DNA of 64,000 bases from Octopus bimaculoides. Taxonomy: Eukaryota. The stretch lies in assembly GCF_001194135.2 (NCBI RefSeq), contig NC_068985.1, forward strand, positions 49,244,605 to 49,308,604, written 5' to 3'. A program made the position numbers and the translations under genes. The notes under the pieces are model-generated. The model had not been told where the DNA came from. It was given only the letters and a program-made list of their open reading frames with translations, and made no database searches. Shown in pieces: positions 38,381 to 50,503 of the stretch (positions are counted from its first letter, which is position 1; each line of letters starts with the position of its first letter).

Positions 38381-39375
38381 CTGCAATAAGAAAACACATG
38401 AGATATATAAAAGAATGACAATAGAACAATCAGACAAATGACTTTTAAAACTGACTCTATAAATTTAAGGGACAAACATTTCATTTTATCCTGTTGACCT
38501 TTTCTATGCATTGAACCAATGAAGGAAAATTCAAATTCTACATGGTTGTTTAGCTTACTGGTGCTACATAAAAGCACTCCGTACATTCTGTAAAGTGGTT
38601 GATATTAGGAAGGACATCCAGCTGTAGAAACCATACCAAAACAGATATGGAACCTGGGTAGCTCTTCAGCTGGCCAGCTCCTGTCAAACTGTCCAACCCA
38701 TGCCAGCACGGGGAACAGACGTTAAGTGATGATGATAATATTAGGGATCACCCAACTTGCCTCACTGTTATCATTCTCTGCAACTTCATTGTTATGATTT
38801 TCTGTCGTACATCTATGTAGTCATGTATTTTTTCACATACAATAACAATTTGTCTGTATAACATTATTGGAATAGTATTCCACTTTGACCTGCCTCCCTT
38901 CAACATACTCAGATGTTTATTTGCATCTACTCTTTCAACTGTTGCAGGCACCATTCCCCATGTACATATGACATATTCATTTTCTAGTTTAACACACGGC
39001 CCTTGTATACCTTGAGATGAACCTACTCTGTCACAAGTATTCAGGTCATGTTGGGCTCCAGTGTGAGGATAACTCTCTCCCTTCCTCTCACCATTCTCAG
39101 AAACCTTGTAAAGGATAAGGGACACTGCCTTTGCCCTTTCTCCTCTGGCTAAATCAAGTATAAAAAAGAGAGAGAGAGAGAGAGAGAGAAATAAGGTATC
39201 TAAGATAAAGCTGGTCTTCATTTGTAGAGGCAAATAAGTAAAAAGAAAAAAACACTTCAGCCTTGATCACTTCCTCATTATCAACAAACTCATGTGTGAC
39301 TCACACCCCAGTTAGATTACTGCTGCTGTATGTGGGGCAGTAGTACTACGAGCATGCCAGATTAAGCTTACTTAC

Positions 39376-39522
39376 CAAGAATATGTACCGTTCCTGTTTC
39401 TCTCCACTTCGTGCCGAGATCTTGACTACACGTCCTTCTCGAACAAGTTCTCGTGTCGGACTAATTAAGTCAACTGTCTGGCCAAGACGTTGATGAATTT
39501 CTAACAGCTTTCTGAATTTCTC
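39376..39522 (-). CDS. FGD: FGD exon (DH-PH linker and PH1 start): EKFRKLLEIHQRLGQTVDLISPTRELVREGRVVKISARSGEKQERYIFL
   Basis: Acceptor TTAAACTAG, donor TTG|GTAAGT. 147 nt, phase 0 to 0. Confidence 0.95.
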
Positions 39523-39606
39523 CTAGTTTAAGTAAGCAGAAAAGAGAATTGGGAATTTAACCCATTAGTAAACCAGACTATGTTTAAGATGGCTATATAT
39601 AAAATG

Positions 39607-39691
<85 letters not shown>

Positions 39692-39845
39692 TAGCTATAT
39701 AGATATATAGATATATTAAAACAAAGGGTAAAAATCAGATATTAATTAATATCGATTTATTACCAGGAAGCTAGCACATTAAAAGAATCCGAGAGATTCA
39801 GAAAAAATATCTGAGATCTTTGGGGATTAAGGTATATTTTATATA

Positions 39846-40131
39846 TATGAAGTTGACCAGTAAAGTGGACATTTAATATGCTAGAAATAGACCACATTTT
39901 GTGTCTACTAAGACCTAGTAGTTCTCAAAAGAAATTCAGCGAAATACCAAACCGTAAGCGAGCAAGACATTGAAAATTACATACATAAAATTAAAAAGTT
40001 ATTCGCGTACCAGGTTTCGGAGTTAAAAATCTCTTACCGAGAAAATCTGCTCCATCTTCAGCGCGAACTGCTAGTCATAATCTGGTCTATTTCTAGCATA
40101 TTAAATGTCCACTTTACTGGTCAACTTCATA
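39846..40131. repeat. 49-bp perfect inverted repeat with 188-bp loop containing a hammerhead; probable Penelope-like remnant
   Basis: 39846-39894 (TATGAAGTTGACCAGTAAAGTGGACATTTAATATGCTAGAAATAGACCA) is the exact reverse complement of 40083-40131. Confidence 0.85.
40002..40067 (-). ncRNA. Type I minimal hammerhead ribozyme motif (Penelope-like-element type), sense to FGD intron
   Basis: Minus strand reads TTCGCG-CTGAAGA-T-GGAG..CTCC-GAAA-CCTGG-TA^CGCGAA. Stem I is a perfect 6 bp, stem II closes with GGAG/CTCC, stem III is short (ACC/GGT), and the triplet is GUA. Confidence 0.8.
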
Positions 40132-40327
40132 GATATATAGATATAGATAAGAGGGACATGCACACACATTATTTATCTTCTGAAGATGTGATACTTAAGG
40201 TGGCTTCGACATAAATGTAACAACTATCAGTAACATATTATTGAAATAAACAAAATGAAATTATTAAATTAATCGCTCTTGTTTTCTTTGTTATTAAAAT
40301 ATATGATGATTATGTAAGATGAATATA

Positions 40328-40648
40328 CACCTTCTCCTTGACTTACGACCAAGTTCCTTTCCAACAGATAGGTTGTAAGTCACTTAGGTTGTATGTCGGA
40401 TTTATATTTTTCAGTACTATTTTCATTCATGCAACTGATGCTTGAAAGTGACTGAGTGAGAGACAGTGGCAGGTAGTGGATGCCTGGGTCTGAGGAAGGC
40501 CCGTGTTGCCAGATGCTGCTATAGTTATCGTACACCCAGCTGCCCAACATCCGAAAATCAATTTTTTACTTTACTTTTTTACAAAAGTTTTGTGGTCGCA
40601 AGTGCAGATGGTTGTAAGTTGCATAGGTTGTAAGTCGAGGAGAAGGTG
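40328..40648. mobile_element. pogo/Tigger-like MITE
   Basis: TIRs CACCTTCTCCTTGACTTACGACC and GGTTGTAAGTCGAGGAGAAGGTG, with TA at the left flank. Confidence 0.7.
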
Positions 40649-40908
40649 TGCATGGCAGATATATATATAGATATAAGATGTATATGTTTGCATGTGTTTG
40701 TGCATATGTTACATTTAGCATAATTTAGAAGATAATATTACTGAGTGTCCAAAGTAAATATATACAGCACATTATTTATGAATAAAACATATAGTATCAC
40801 ATGAAAACTGCCAGTCAACAATGCCAGTCTCAATTCCAATATCCTTCAGCCTCTTAGGTAGCAATTTGGAAGTTAGGTCCTAGTGGTGGTGTTATTATTA
40901 TTATTATT

Positions 40909-41227
40909 CAGTAGTTTTATTTTTATAACGTGCTTTCACTTCACTACCGAGCGCAGCTCTGTGTGCCTTGGGTATGTGCTGTGGTTTGCTGTGATGCTCT
41001 TATGGTTACTGTAATGAAAGTGTTTTGCGTAGGATGTGTGCAGTGCCCAGTAGTGCAATTTTCTGTATGTTATATATATTTGTAAGTCCTGGTGTTTTTG
41101 TTATGTATTTGTCTGAATATTTTTTTATTATACCTAAGGCACCTAGTATGATAGGAATTGTTTCTGTTTTTAGATTCCACATTCGAGTTACCTCTATTTC
41201 CAGGTCTTTGTATTTTGAAAGTTTCTC

Positions 41228-41229
<2 letters not shown>
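40909..41229 (-). mobile_element. 5'-truncated non-LTR element with restriction-like endonuclease C-terminus (R4/Dong/NeSL-type) inside (AAT)n
   Basis: EKLSKYKDLEIEVTRMWNLKTETIPIILGALG..IQKIALLGTAHILRKTL-stop, then a 3' UTR of about 100 nt. AAT repeats flank both ends. Confidence 0.82.
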
Positions 41230-41311
<82 letters not shown>

Positions 41312-41335
41312 CATCATCATCATCACCATCATTAT
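41230..41335. repeat. (ATT)n/(ATC)n microsatellite, representative of dozens of (TA)n, (CA)n, (GA)n, (ATT)n and (GTA)n tracts
   Basis: Directly visible. Most N-gaps (3556-3635, 17407-17945, 21894-22158, 29136-29404, 36104-36371, 50853-51686, 60821-61145, 63537-63981) abut such tracts. Confidence 0.95.
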
Positions 41336-42007
41336 TAAGGCAACATGCTGGCAGAATCATTAGCATGCCAGGCAAACAATTGCTTATGGCATTTCATGTC
41401 TTTACTTTCTAAGTTCAAATTTTGCCAAGGTTAACTTTGCTTTCCATCCTTTTAGAATGGATAAATAAGTACCAGTTGAACACTGAGGTTGATGTAATCA
41501 GCTTACCTACTCCCCAAAATTACTGGCCTTGTGCCAAAATTTGAAAGCAGTATTTAGTCGATTTTTACATTCTGAGATCAAATTTCACTAAGATCAATTT
41601 CTGCCTTTCATTCTTTTAGGGTAAATGAAATGTAATCAACTAGCTCCCTCCCACAACATTTCAGACCTTGTGCCTATAAAAGAAAGGATTATTATTATTA
41701 TAACTGTTCAACAATTGGTAGATCGAGGCAAATTTCTACTGCATTACCTGTTACACCTCAATGTTGCTGGGGTGTGTGCAGCATTGTATGTTATTTTCTG
41801 CTGTTGGGAGTGTGCAAACTGTACTGTATTGTGTCGGTATTTCTTTTCTCTTGAGGTATGGTGCAGTCTTTTGTTGTGTTACTGCTTGTATTGTGTGTTG
41901 AGTGCGTAATGCATTGGGTATCTAGCTTGCTGATGGAAGTTTATTTCACTGGGTGATTGCTATATAGAGTGTGTCTTGTATTTGTGGGTTGTTTTGTTTA
42001 AGTTGTA

Positions 42008-42086
42008 TTATTGGATTGATAGTGTCTTGCTTAGGATGTGGGCTGTTCCTAACAGGACTATTTTTTGGACAGTGTGTAGTGTTGAG
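42008..42086 (-). mobile_element. Second, shorter RLE-type LINE ORF end
   Basis: STLHTVQKIVLLGTAHILSKTLSIQ-stop, directly preceded on the element strand by (AAT)n at 42087-42120. Confidence 0.7.
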
Positions 42087-42087
42087 A

Positions 42088-42118
<31 letters not shown>

Positions 42119-42429
42119 TATAGGGTCATGGCTTGGACAAATCAGTTGAGCATCAAGCAAAATCCCTTTTATAATCAATCCAGTAACTGCCATTATCTGA
42201 ATTTTTGTCCAAATTAGGAAACGGTGCACCAAATCAACCTAACATAATTACTGCTATTATAACATAAATAAATACTTGGATAATGAATTATTGTTACAGA
42301 ATATGAACCAATGAACTGATGTCTCTAAACCTGCTATTTGCAATTACCAATCCTGATACACTTAGCTCCACATCAAAACTTTCTCCTTTTAGATTCATTT
42401 TCATAAGAAACAATTGGAACATAACTTAC

Positions 42430-42488
42430 TATTTTGTTCATTGCTTCATTTGAGTGACTTGCAGCTTCTGTAACTTTCTGGAGTGCTT
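42430..42488 (-). CDS. FGD: FGD exon (end of DH): EALQKVTEAASHSNEAMNKI
   Basis: Acceptor TATTTTACAG, donor ATA|GTAAGT. 59 nt, phase 1 to 0. AASHSN motif. Confidence 0.94.
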
Positions 42489-43897
42489 CTGTAAAATATA
42501 TACATAATCCATTGAGAATTTGGGTAATGATTTAAAAAAAAAAAATTTCATACTGATTTCAGTCATTGGACTTTGATCATGCAGGGGTTATGTATTCAGG
42601 GATTTTAGTTAGCTTTACCTATCCCAGTACTTAGCTCAATCTGGTACTCATTTTCTTGATCCCTATATGTTGAATTGTTAAATCACACTTTGACATAAAA
42701 GAACACAAAACTAGTTAACTATGATAAACATAAAAATACACACACTCACACATGCACATACAAACATAAATATATACATACACACATATGTGTATGGGTG
42801 AGGTCCTGTGTGAGTGTGTAAACTATCATCATTTTAATGTCCACTATTCCATGGCTTTAGTGGTTAGGGTGTTAGACCCATGATTGTAAGACTGTGGTTT
42901 CAATTCATGGACTGGGCAATGTGATGTGTTCTTGAGCAAAACACTTCAGTTCATGTTGCTCCTGTTTACTCAGTTGGTAAAAATGAGTAATCCTGCAGCA
43001 GACTAGCATCCCATTCAGGGAGGAATATATACATCTGAGAAACTAGGAATCCAGCCTTATGCTCCTCATGGAGTAATATGGACTAACTATGGCTCAAATG
43101 AAATTCATTGAACCAGGTTTCTTGTGGCTGGATGCTCTTCTTGTCACCAACTCTCACCTGTTTCTAAGCCAGGTAAATTTCATCAAGTTCTTAAATTACA
43201 ACAGTTCAATGGTAGGATATATTTTTTTTACACAGGATAGCAAATGAAAAATACTGTTTCTTGTTTATTTTGTATGAATAGTCACTTTGTTTACGATCAG
43301 AGTGTGATGTGAATACAAGGATACATATAAAACAATGAGTTTTGTCTGTTTCCATGTCCCACATTCATTCATACAGTGCTGGTTCAGTACTATAATAGAA
43401 AAGACTTACCCAAGGTGCTGTGAGTGGGGACTGAACCCAAAACCAAATGGTCGCAAAGCAATCATCTTAACCATACAGCTATGTTTGTACCTGTATACAC
43501 AAACACAGTGAATGTCAGCACAATTTCCAGCCAGCCAGCCAGCCAGCCAATTCAACTCGACAGGTATTGGACAAACTGGATTACTACAATACAAGACACT
43601 TGTTCAAAGTGCAGCCAAAAAAGGATCAAATATGGAACCATGTGACTGCAAGGCCAAGTTCTTGGATCTGTAATAACTAAATGAACTGAACATGTGAGAG
43701 TTTAAATGTATAATTCCTGGATACAGAACAGCACCAGTCAGGGCACATATACCATCAAACCATTTGGCAAGTTGTCTGTTATCTTTTATCAAATTCAACA
43801 AGTAGTAACTCCTATATTTCTCTCAGTTTGATAAACTCAAAAAACCAAAAAAAACTTCTGAATAACAAAAATAATATAAAACAAATATATATTTTAC

Positions 43898-43948
43898 CTT
43901 CTGTATCTTTTCTGTCAGGTGAATCTGCAGGAAGATGTTTTAAGTAAT
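43898..43948 (-). CDS. FGD: FGD exon (DH): DYLKHLPADSPDRKDTE
   Basis: Acceptor TTTATATTTCAG, donor AAG|GTAAAA. 51 nt, phase 1 to 1. Matches FGD DYLRKLP.DS.D..D. Confidence 0.93.
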
Positions 43949-44436
43949 CTGAAATATAAAGGAAATTTTATTTAGCAATTATAATATTATACACCATGAT
44001 ACAGTAACATTTTTATGGTATGTTTAATAAGTATACAAAGTACAATCATAACTACCAAGAGCCAACATTCACTGTAGATCCCCATCAACACCAACTAGTG
44101 AACCAACGAAGGAGCCCTATATGGTCTCTTGACCTGCTAGAAATAGCAACAAAATCTCTCTCTCTCTCTCTCAAATCACATCAACTTTAAAAAGGACACA
44201 CAATATAGTCTTTGGTACACTGTGTCTGAATAAAGGACTGATTGGTTGTAGCTAGAATGCCATTGCCATTTATAATAGGTCTGTTTAACAAGTGCTATAA
44301 TCCGGGGTTAAAGGGCTATACCATCATGAAAATGAGTCAACAAGGAAACCTCTAGGTAGTTGCTCTACCTGCTAGAAATAGCAAACAAATTCCCTCAAAT
44401 CAAAGTCTAGCATTTTAAGAACTGAAATGATACACT

Positions 44437-44961
44437 GAAGACCCGGCAAGCCAAGTGAGATCCAAATCTAAGGCCTCAGCCAGTCCACTTATGCGTACCT
44501 TCCTTCATTGGACACTAAACTCCCATGCCAACGTCATCTCCTTCAATGGACATGAAACTCAGCTTGCAAAGACTTGTTGGGGCAAGCGAAAGTGAAATTG
44601 TGATAGCACCTGTGCCCAGCATCGCCTTTCTGGCACTTGTGCCCGCGGCATGTGTAAGGACTTTCGAACAAGATCGTTGCTAGTGCCCCTGGACTGGCTC
44701 TTGTGCGGGTGGCACATAAAATACACCATTTGAGCGTGGCCGTTGCCAGTACCACCTGACTGGCCTTCGTGCCTGTGGCACGTAAAAGCACCCACTACAC
44801 TCTCTGAGTGGTTGGCGTTAGGAAGGGCATCCAGCTGTAGAAACTCTGCCAAATCAGATTGGAGCCTGGTGTAGCCATCTGGTTTCACCAGTCTTCAGTC
44901 AAATCGTCCAACCCATGCTAGCATGGAAAGCGGACGTTAAACGACGATGATGATGATGATG
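44437..44961 (+). mobile_element. RTE LINE 3' end (ORF end KTRQAK-stop, 3' UTR, (GAT)n tail)
   Basis: AAGACCCGGCAAGCCAAGTGA followed by the same 3' UTR and tail seen at 50376-50503 and 56868-57201. Confidence 0.8.
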
Positions 44962-45859
44962 AATGATGTAGTCCTAGAGATACAAAAATATATGATGGTC
45001 CTGGATGGAACACTTGATTATAACTATGAACAGTCAAAGCTGACCTAGTGCTAAACAATATCATCATCACCACCACCATCATCATCATCAAATTCTCAAT
45101 TTGGTAACCAATGAAGGGTCTTTTACATGGTCACTCAACAGCTAGAAATAGCAATGAGATCTCTTTCAAATTGCACTTTGACAATCATAAAAACGACAAA
45201 TTAAATGCTGTTCTGAGTTCCCTGTCCGAAAGAGAATAAAACAGGATGGTCATAACTAGAATACCTTTAATCATAAATCTGGGGCTAAGCAACACTAATA
45301 ATAACTTCTCAGGCCACCATCGACACCACCACCCTTACAAACACCAATATTATGTTTTATGATTTTTGTTAAGTTTTTTTAATATTTTTTTAAAATTACT
45401 ACTAAAGATAAACTACATCAGTAATACCATTACACTGCCCACCACCACTACTACCTCACCAACCCTGCCATCACCCTGCAAACAACTTCCACTTGTGCCA
45501 CCAAGACAACTGCTATCTCCATCTCTGAAACAAGACTGCCATCAACAAGCTTTTAGGATCAACTTCATTCTCACCACTTCTTATCACAAACCTCACCACC
45601 AACACCACCAACACCACCATCACTACCCCCATATTCTCATACTTCTGTACTTCCAGCATTACTTCTTCCTCTTATTTTATTTGTTTGTTTGTTTGTTTGT
45701 TTACTCATCTGTTTATTTATCCCTTGAAAAGACAACTAACAAGCCATATACAAAATCACGAATACATTTGTCAGTGTAAAAGTTCACTGACAAATGTTTA
45801 ACATAGAAACTATATAATTCAGGCAGGAAAAAATGCATACATACATATATATACTTAAA

Positions 45860-45897
<38 letters not shown>

Positions 45898-46183
45898 CGA
45901 AAGAGAGAGTGTGTGCTTATGCATGTATGTTGCATGTTTCTGAATGCATGTACATGTATGTGCACATGTATGTATGTGTATATATAGGTGGGTAGCATGC
46001 GTATATGAGTGTGAACATATTTAATTATGTGTATATGTTTATGTTGGTGTGTGTATATATGTATGTACATAAGTGCATACATATATATATGTGTGTCTGT
46101 GTGTGTGTATGTAAAATCAAAAAGCCACAAAAAAATCTGTCAAAGTTATTAAGAAAACCAGTTGAAGTAGAACAACAACTAAC

Positions 46184-46271
46184 CTTTTAATAATAACTCA
46201 TAACGAGGGACTCTCTGGATTGGTTCCAACATGTGATGTTGTAAGGTTAAATTGGCACAGTCAGGGCGTTG
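46184..46271 (-). CDS. FGD: FGD exon (DH): [29 protein letters not shown]
   Basis: Acceptor TTTTATTTCCAG, donor AAG|GTTAGT. 88 nt, phase 0 to 1. Carries the hallmark DH motif. Confidence 0.96.
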
Positions 46272-46439
46272 CTGGAAATAAAACAAATAAAAAGATTACA
46301 AATTATATAAAATGAACAACACATAAATAGGGGGCCCCCACCACTGTTCAAACATCCCTCACATAAAAACACACATGCACACACACAGAGAAATAGTTCA
46401 ATGGCAGAGAAATTAGTAAAAGAATCTGTGTATAGGTAT

Positions 46440-46828
46440 AAGTGTGTGTTGTTGTTGGCACTCCGTCGCTTCCGATGTCAAGGGTTCCAGTTGATCCGAT
46501 CAACGGAACAGCTTGCTCATGAAATTAACGTGCAAGTGGCTGAGCACTCCACAGATACGTGTACCCTTAACGTAGTTCTCGGGAATATTCAGCGTGACAC
46601 AGTGTGACACGGCTGACCCTTTGAATTACAGGCACAACAGAAACAGGAAGTAAGAGAAAGTTGTGGTGGAAGAGTACAGCAGGGTTCGCCACCATCCCCT
46701 GCTGGAACCTCGTGGAGCTTTAGGTGTTTTTGCTCAATTAACACTCACAACGCCCGGTGTGGGAATCGAAACCGCGATCCTATGACAGCGAGTCCACTGC
46801 CCTAACCACTGGGCCATTGCACCGCCAC
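46440..46828 (-). mobile_element. tRNA-derived SINE, third family
   Basis: Minus-strand head GTGGCGGTGCAATGGCCCAGTGGTTAGGGCAGTGGACTCG..GGTTTCGATTCCC with A and B boxes. Related older copies occur near 29520-29760, 32180-32420, 37360-37610, 42845-43060 and 53700-53920. Confidence 0.72.
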
Positions 46829-46847
46829 AAGTGTGTGTAAACAAAAG

Positions 46848-48190
46848 CAAAGTAAGTTTCAGAGGCAAGGTAACCCACATCAGTAACCCACAATAAGTAA
46901 CCCACATCATCAAGGAGTGTATTGGTAAAACTTAAGTTTTAGTTTAGTTTGGTTGTCCTCCTGGATGCTTCAATGACTTCATGCAAACACACCAGCTACC
47001 ACAGTCCCCCATGTTCGTTCATCATCATCATCGTTTAACGTCCGCTTTCCATGTTGGCATGGGTTGGACGGTTTGACTGAGGACTGGTGAGCCAGATGGC
47101 TGCACAAGGCTCCAATCTGATCTGGTAGAGTTTCTACAGCTGGATGCCTTTCCTAATGCCAACCATTCCGAGAGTGTAGTGAGTGCTTTTACATGCCACC
47201 AGCACAAGGGCCAATCAGGTGGTACTGGCAACGGCCATGCTCAAATGGTGTTTTTGACGTGCCACCTGCACAGGAGCCAGTCCAGCGGCACTGGCAACGA
47301 CCTCGCTCAAACATGTTCTTAATTTCCCAACATTTGCCATTTCACTGTCCTGAAGCAAGATGTCCACACAGGTTAGACGTTTTCTTCCTTCAACTGACTA
47401 CCATAAGACCAGTTGACATACAAGTTCTTCTGAGTGCCTGATGCAATGACCAGCAATTCTCATTGTTCTCTGTTGAATCTTCTTACCTTTGTTTATACCC
47501 AAAGTAAGTTTCAGAGGTAAGGTAGTGATGTGTGCAATAAGTAACCCACATCACTGAAGAGTATATTGGTAAAACTTAGGTTTTAGTTTAGTTTGGTCAT
47601 CCTCCCAGACACTTCAATGATTTCATGCAAGCATGCCATCTTTTACAGTCCCCCCATGCATGTTCTCAATTTGCCCACATTTGTTGTTTCACTGTCCAGA
47701 AGCAAGTCATCCACATAGGTTAGACATTTTCTTCAATTAATTCTTCCTTCAACTGATTTCTATAAGACCAGTTGACACATGGGTTCTTCTGGGTGCCTGA
47801 TGCAATGTCCAACAATTCTCATTCTTTTCTCTTGAATCTTCTCAGTCACTTTGGGTAGATCTCGATAAAGCTGCTCGTTGGCTAAATGAACTCTCCACAT
47901 ATCATTCAGAGTCATTCTTTACATTCTTGAGTAGTAGCCGTCTATTTGTCTTTCAAGTTTTTTGGTGAGGGCCCAAGTTTCAGCACCGTTATAACAAAAC
48001 TGATTCTACCAAAAAGACAAGTAACCTTAAAATCTAAGCATTTAAAACAGTTATGGGCATACTGCAGTTTGAAGTCTATGGCTACATGTGGCCCAAAGGC
48101 CTTCCTGAATGGCGTGCCTAATTTCATGAGGAAAATAACATATGTTACTATTTTAGTTGTGTAACCTATTTTAGTTGTGTAAACCATGTC
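46848..48190 (-). mobile_element. Decayed RTE-like LINE of a second family (RT C-terminus) with tandem duplication of its 3' end
   Basis: Minus frames give VESVLL/GAETWALTKKLERQIDGYYSRM..NEQLYRDLPKVTEKIQEKRMRIVGHCIRHPEE. The unit 47500-47842 is repeated at 46848-47483, where the copy is interrupted by an RTE tail. Confidence 0.8.
47020..47311 (-). mobile_element. RTE 3'-tail copy inserted into an older LINE fragment
   Basis: Reverse complement of the family tail. CATGTTC occurs on both sides (47010-47016 and 47312-47318), like a target-site duplication. Confidence 0.8.
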
Positions 48191-48281
48191 TCATGCAGTC
48201 CACTTCTCAAAGAAGGTTTCCTATGCCTGATTCAGATTCAGAATGAACATGTACATAGTGCATGTGTGTGTATGTATATTG

Positions 48282-48323
<42 letters not shown>

Positions 48324-49132
48324 ATGCATGTATATGTGTGTGTCTATTCTTGTGCTGGGATTATTTTGTCACAACTCAGAGTATCACACATGCTGTTGAT
48401 CCAAGAATTACATGATCAAAAACATATTCAAAACCAAGGGGTAACAAAATTATCTTAACACTTACAATATTTACACTTCCATATTGAACATGTTTTTCTC
48501 ATTTGTAAACTCAAACGTATATGTACACGTGTGTGTGTGTGTGTGTGTACAAAGAGTATCTTGAATTTACTAGAGAAGAGAATATTCAATATGTAATAGA
48601 AAGTATATATTTTAGTTTTCAAGCTTTACTAGTTTAGTATATAACACTTGCCACACTGCAGTCTGTTACTTCACAGAGAAATATATTTACGCAGTTGTGG
48701 AATGTTCTGGAACATTCTAAAAACAACAGTTAAGGTCATGTGATAACAGTGCAGAAGGTTGAAATCCCATAAATTTGACTGCTTGGTGAGAATAACAGAT
48801 GGTCAGTTGCTTTAAATATAATGTTCTTCCAAAAATATAAAAGTATGTTTGCTTAGACAAGGTGGTATAGCTCTATGTGTGTGTGTATAGGCACATGCAA
48901 ACACAATGCATATATACACACATATACACACTCATGTTCAATACAGAAATAGATTCCAAGAGATTTAACACACTTATGAGTAAGATGAAATGTCATTTAA
49001 TAATGCTTTCCATCATAGGCACAAAACCTGAAATTTCGCACATCACTGTATGATGGATATATATCCAGAAATACACACACACACACACAAACACATATAT
49101 GCATGCATACACACACACACATATATATATGT

Positions 49133-50503
49133 AGTAATGAATTCCGGGTAGAGGTAGGGGTCCACCAAGGTTCCGTCCTCAGCCCCCTCCTATTTATCAT
49201 AGTCCTCCAGGCGATCAGAGGAATTCAAGACAGGTTGCCCCTGGGAGCTCCTCTATGCTGATGACCTTGCACTAATTGCGCAGTCACTATCAGAACTAAA
49301 GGAGAAGTTTAAGGTGTGGAAGCAAGGACTAGAATCGAAGGGCCTTAGAGTCAACCTAGCACAAACCAAAATCCTAATAAGTAGGAAGGTAGATAAAACA
49401 CAAACCCCTTCAGGTAGATGGCCCTGCTCAGTATGCAGTAAAGGAGTAGGTAGAAACTCTATAAGATGTACCCGGTGCAAGCTATGGACACATAAGAGGT
49501 GCAGCAATNNNNNNNNNNNNNNNNNNNNNNNNNNNNNNNNNNNNNNNNNNNNNNNNNNNNNNNNNNNNNNNNNNNNNNNNNNNNNNNNNNNNNNNNNNNN
49601 NNNNNNNNNNNNNNNNNNNNNNNNNNNNNNNNNNNNNNNNNNNNNNNNNNNNNNNNNNNNNNNNNNNNNNNNNNNNNNNNNNNNNNNNNNNNNNNNNNNN
49701 NNNNNNNNNNNNNNNNNNNNNNNNNNNNNNNNNNNNNNNNNNNNNNNNNNNNNNNNNNNNNNNNNNNNNNNNNNNNNNNNNNNNNNNNNNNNNNNNNNNN
49801 NNNNNNNNNNNNNNNNNNNNNNNNNNNNNNNNNNNNNNNNNNNNNNNNNNNNNNNNNNNNNNNNNNNNNNNNNNNNNNNNNNNNNNNNNNNNNNNNNNNN
49901 NNNNNNNNNNNNNNNNNNNNNNNNNNNNNNNNNNNNNNNNNNNNNNNNNNNNNNNNNNNNNNNNNNNNNNNNNNNNNNNNNNNNNNNNNNNNNNNNNNNN
50001 NNNNNNNNNNNNNNNNNNNNNNNNNNNNNNNNNNNNNNNNNNNNNNNNNNNNNNNNNNNNNNNNNNNNNNNNNNNNNNNNNNNNNNNNNNNNNNNNNNNN
50101 NNNNNNNNNNNNNNNNNNNNNNNNNNNNNNNNNNNNNNNNNNNNNNNNNNNNNNNNNNNNNNNNNNNNNNNNNNNNNNNNNNNNNNNNNNNNNNNNNNNN
50201 NNNNNNNNNNNNNNNNNNNNNNNNNNNNNNNNNNNNNNNNNNNNNNNNNNNNNNNNNNNNNNNNNNNNNNNNNNNNNNNNNNNNNNNNNNNNNNNNNNNN
50301 NNNNNNNNNNNNNNNNNNNNNNNNNNNNNNNNNNNNNNNNNNNNNNNNNNNNNNNNNNNNNNNNNNNNNNNNNNNTAGAAACTCTGCCAAATTAGATTGG
50401 AGCCTGGTGTAGCCATCCGGTTGCACCAGTCCTCAGTCAAATCGTCCAACCCATGCTAGCATGGAAAGCGGACGTTAAACGATGATGATGATGATGATGA
50501 TGA
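49133..50503 (+). mobile_element. 5'-truncated RTE-clade LINE: reverse transcriptase fragment, gap, then 3' tail
   Basis: EFRVEVGVHQGSVLSPLLFIIVL..ELLYADDL..GLRVNLAQTK..CSVCSKGVGRNSIRCTRCKLWTHKRC with one frameshift. After the gap (49509-50375) comes the family tail ending GGAAAGCGGACGTTAAAC(GAT)n. Continuity across the gap is assumed. Confidence 0.88.

Noticed and set aside
38748-39233. 161-aa minus-strand ORF just downstream of an FGD exon
   Set aside because: Starts in a (GA)n tract, has no motif I can recognise and no convincing splice sites. Probably a decayed repeat.
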